Shown here: one piece after another, positions 53,353 to 56,120 of the stretch
Position numbering within the stretch: the first letter of the stretch is position 1
How the letters are laid out: each line of letters opens with the position of its first letter
Assembly (NCBI GenBank): GCA_000165425.1
Contig: CT868038.1
Coordinates: forward strand, 186,001 to 242,120
Direction of reading: 5' to 3'
DNA length: 56,120 nt
Source of the DNA: Paramecium tetraurelia
Lineage: Eukaryota
The notes under the pieces: generated by a model
The model's input: only the letters and a program-made list of their open reading frames with translations
Database searches by the model: none
Told to the model about the DNA's origin: nothing
Position numbers and translations under genes: made by a program

Positions 53353-56120
53353 ATGGACAACGAAGAAAATGAGCAATAAGATCTTTCAGTAGGTGTGTTA
53401 TAAATAATGCATTTGTTCGCTATATATACCATTATATATTAATTTTAATTCCTATTTTATCTTTAGTTTATAACCAATTAAATAAGAAAGATATTGGATT
53501 CAGACCCAAAAAGCTAACGATTTCAAGAGATTTACAAGTATTAATATATTATAAATCAATTAGAGTTAAGCTTGTGATATTTGTGCAGTTGGATTCGAAA
53601 GCAGATTTTAATAATAAGAAAGAGGTAAACATAGAAAAATAATAGTTATAAAGGAATGACAATAATATCCTGTTATGGTTGTTAATTAAGTTGCCACTTG
53701 TATTGTTATGGTATTTCCACTGAAATAGAGTTGAATCCCAATTCTAATAATTAAGGATATTTTGCATGTGACAAATGCAAATTTAGTCAGAAGCAAGATC
53801 AAATATGCATTGTTTGTAATCAAAAAGCCGGTTTGAAGAAGAAAATCAATGATACTAATGAATTTGTCCATCCTCTTTGTGGATTGCTATCCAAACAACT
53901 TGAATTATCTTCATTTATGGAAATGAAATTCAAGAAGCCCAATAATGTAATACAAGTTCCTAAATAAACATGTTCATATTGCAAATCTCAAGGAGCCACA
54001 ATTAAATGTTAATAATCAGAATGTAATACTTATGCACACATCTATTGTATGGTCAATTACATTGTAAGTTTCGGTGGATACAATTCAACATACTCAGAAA
54101 ATCTATAAAGACCAACAGGATGGGAAATCCAATTTAACTATAAACAATTATTCTGTACTGGTAACCTTGTACAAGCAGGAAATGATAAGACTCAATTAAA
54201 AACTAAATCCCAATCTATCTTATAATAATTTATGGAAATTCAGAAAGTGGATAAATAAATTAATATAGATTAACTATATGATTTGTATCAATAATAAGAA
54301 AAGATAGAAGAAGAAAAAGAGTATTTATTTATGTTATACTAGTTAATTGGTGGAATTCTTTTGTTCTCCTCATTAGAATTAATAGATTTATTGTTGTTGT
54401 TAATAATAATTAGCTAATGATTCTGAGGAAATGGTCCAATGTGAAACCTGTATGGAATGGTATCATGATAAATGTTTACGTCAATACCAAGATGACTATG
54501 AAGAATAGAAGAATAAAGAACATTATTTCTGTCCTTTTTGTAATTAATGGAGCAATTCTCGATTTGATCATATTCTTAAATATGTCCCTGCAAAAAATTT
54601 AAAGTCCTTGTTGCCACCCTTTTTAAAAATGACATTTAATACTCTTATTCTTTTAGGTATTTATTGTGAAAGAAGTTTGAGTGCACAGATTTAATCATGT
54701 ATAATTAAATACTTATTTATTAGATTCTGAATCTGAATATTCAATCATAGAAACCATTTTGGGTAATTTACCATTCTATCAACCCTTACAATAATAACTA
54801 TCATAAATTAAACAAAAATCTAATGTAACTGATTTTATGAATTTCCTTTTTAAATAATAAATACCTTATAGAGATAATAATCAATGGACTATTCTATCTT
54901 AATTAGATGAATCTAATCAAATCATTTAACACAATATTCTGTAGAATAATGCTTTAAAAGATAAATTAAATTAAGTTATCAATTTATTTAAAGATTTTGA
55001 TGAGTGCAAATTTTATATTGATTTGCTTAATAAATTGAATAATTTACAAATAGCATTTTAAATTATTACATCCAGAACTAAAATAACTAAAACAAATATT
55101 TAAAATCAATACAAATCAAATGAATTTTAAGAATTCATATATTTATAATAATAAGTGTAGGAGTATAAAAGAATTAAGAAAAGATTTATAAACAAAATGT
55201 AAGAAGCTGAAGATAAGTTTTGTGATTTCGAATAGATCATGAATGATGAAGTCTAAGATTCTTCAGAAGAAGAAGACGAGATAGAAGATGAATTGGAGGA
55301 TTACGAAAAATTATAGAGCTACTTAGGTCTATAAATCACTTAAATTAAAAATTAATAACAATTTTATAATCTTACATCAGAAACTAGAATCAAATTAAAT
55401 TAGATCAAATTAAGTTAGGAATTTGTTGAATAAACAATTCAAGAATTTAATGAATTATTGATTTCAGTACCATGGGTTGAAACCCTAAAATAAGAATTAT
55501 TGGAAGGATAACTAATTGTTTAAAAGTTGGAAAAAACTAAATCAACTGAAGAAATATTGATATTGTTAAGTAGGCTTGAGGAATTGCCATTCCATTATAA
55601 AGATTTTCCAGAGTTGTATGAATTTATATCTAAATACTAATTGTATGAAAGGTATATGCAAGATTTAGAGATATAAGAAAAAGATGAGGATGACAGTGAA
55701 ATCTAAGTGACTAAAGATATTCAGACTAAGATCACATTGGATCACCTTTAAATGTTAAAATAACTATCTATTGAAATCAATGCCTCAGAAAAAGACAAAT
55801 AGACTTTGGAGTAGGTGGAGAAGCAATTAAATGAATTTAGATAAAAATTAAGAGGCATGATTGAACAAAAGAACTTAAATGAATAAATGAGAAAGAAGTT
55901 TTAAGCAGAACTATAAATGAATAAGATTTATGATGTTCCTGAAATCTAAGAATTATAGAAAAGACTAGAATAATTTTAAGAGGTTGAAAAAATAAGAACT
56001 GCCAAATCTTAAACACTTTAATAACTAGAATAAGCTTTTGAAAAATCTAAAGAATTAAATTTTGATGAAAAGATTATTAATCAATTTGATTAGGAGATAA
56101 CTAAATGTTTATAGAAGAAG
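53353..56120 (+). CDS. PHD-finger chromatin protein (PHD + extended PHD/PZP module + further PHD), 3'-partial
   Basis: Motifs CDIC...SCYGCQLSCHLYCYGI...FACDKC, CIVCNQKAG...VHPLC...CSYCKSQGATIKCQQSECNTYAHIYC and CCCQQ...MVQCETCMEWYHDKC...YFCPFC, then a long helical region running off the window. The 5' exon structure is not fully resolved. Confidence 0.8.

Overview
This is eukaryotic, very AT-rich, gene-dense ciliate DNA, most consistent with a Paramecium (aurelia-type) macronuclear chromosome. Recognisable proteins read through only with genetic code 6 (TAA/TAG = Gln, TGA = sole stop) and after removing tiny GT..AG introns of about 20-31 nt, so the supplied standard-code ORF track is mostly antisense noise or gene fragments. 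Manual re-translation gives about 30 genes. They include a plant-type vacuolar sorting receptor (partial), a DUF4378-like protein, a DC-UbP/UBTD protein, a ~2,960-aa coiled-coil protein with a 13 x 201-bp repeat array, an RRM/RS protein, a PLP Ser/Thr dehydratase-like enzyme, a stand-alone Gsp-type CHAP amidase, a DUSP-USP deubiquitinase, a VOC/glyoxalase protein, PRP38 with a Tudor-like insert, FolD, a RING protein, a trichocyst matrix protein, SRPK, an intact CAMK-like kinase, three pseudokinases (one a CDPK), a transposase-like HTH protein, Derlin, a TPR protein, CRAL-TRIO and a PHD/ePHD chromatin protein (partial). Several unusually long spacers look like decaying gene remnants. I saw no rRNA, tRNA, CRISPR, telomere or intact transposon, and no clearly new multi-gene system. 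All coordinates and exon structures were derived by eye; internal splice sites are approximate where stated.
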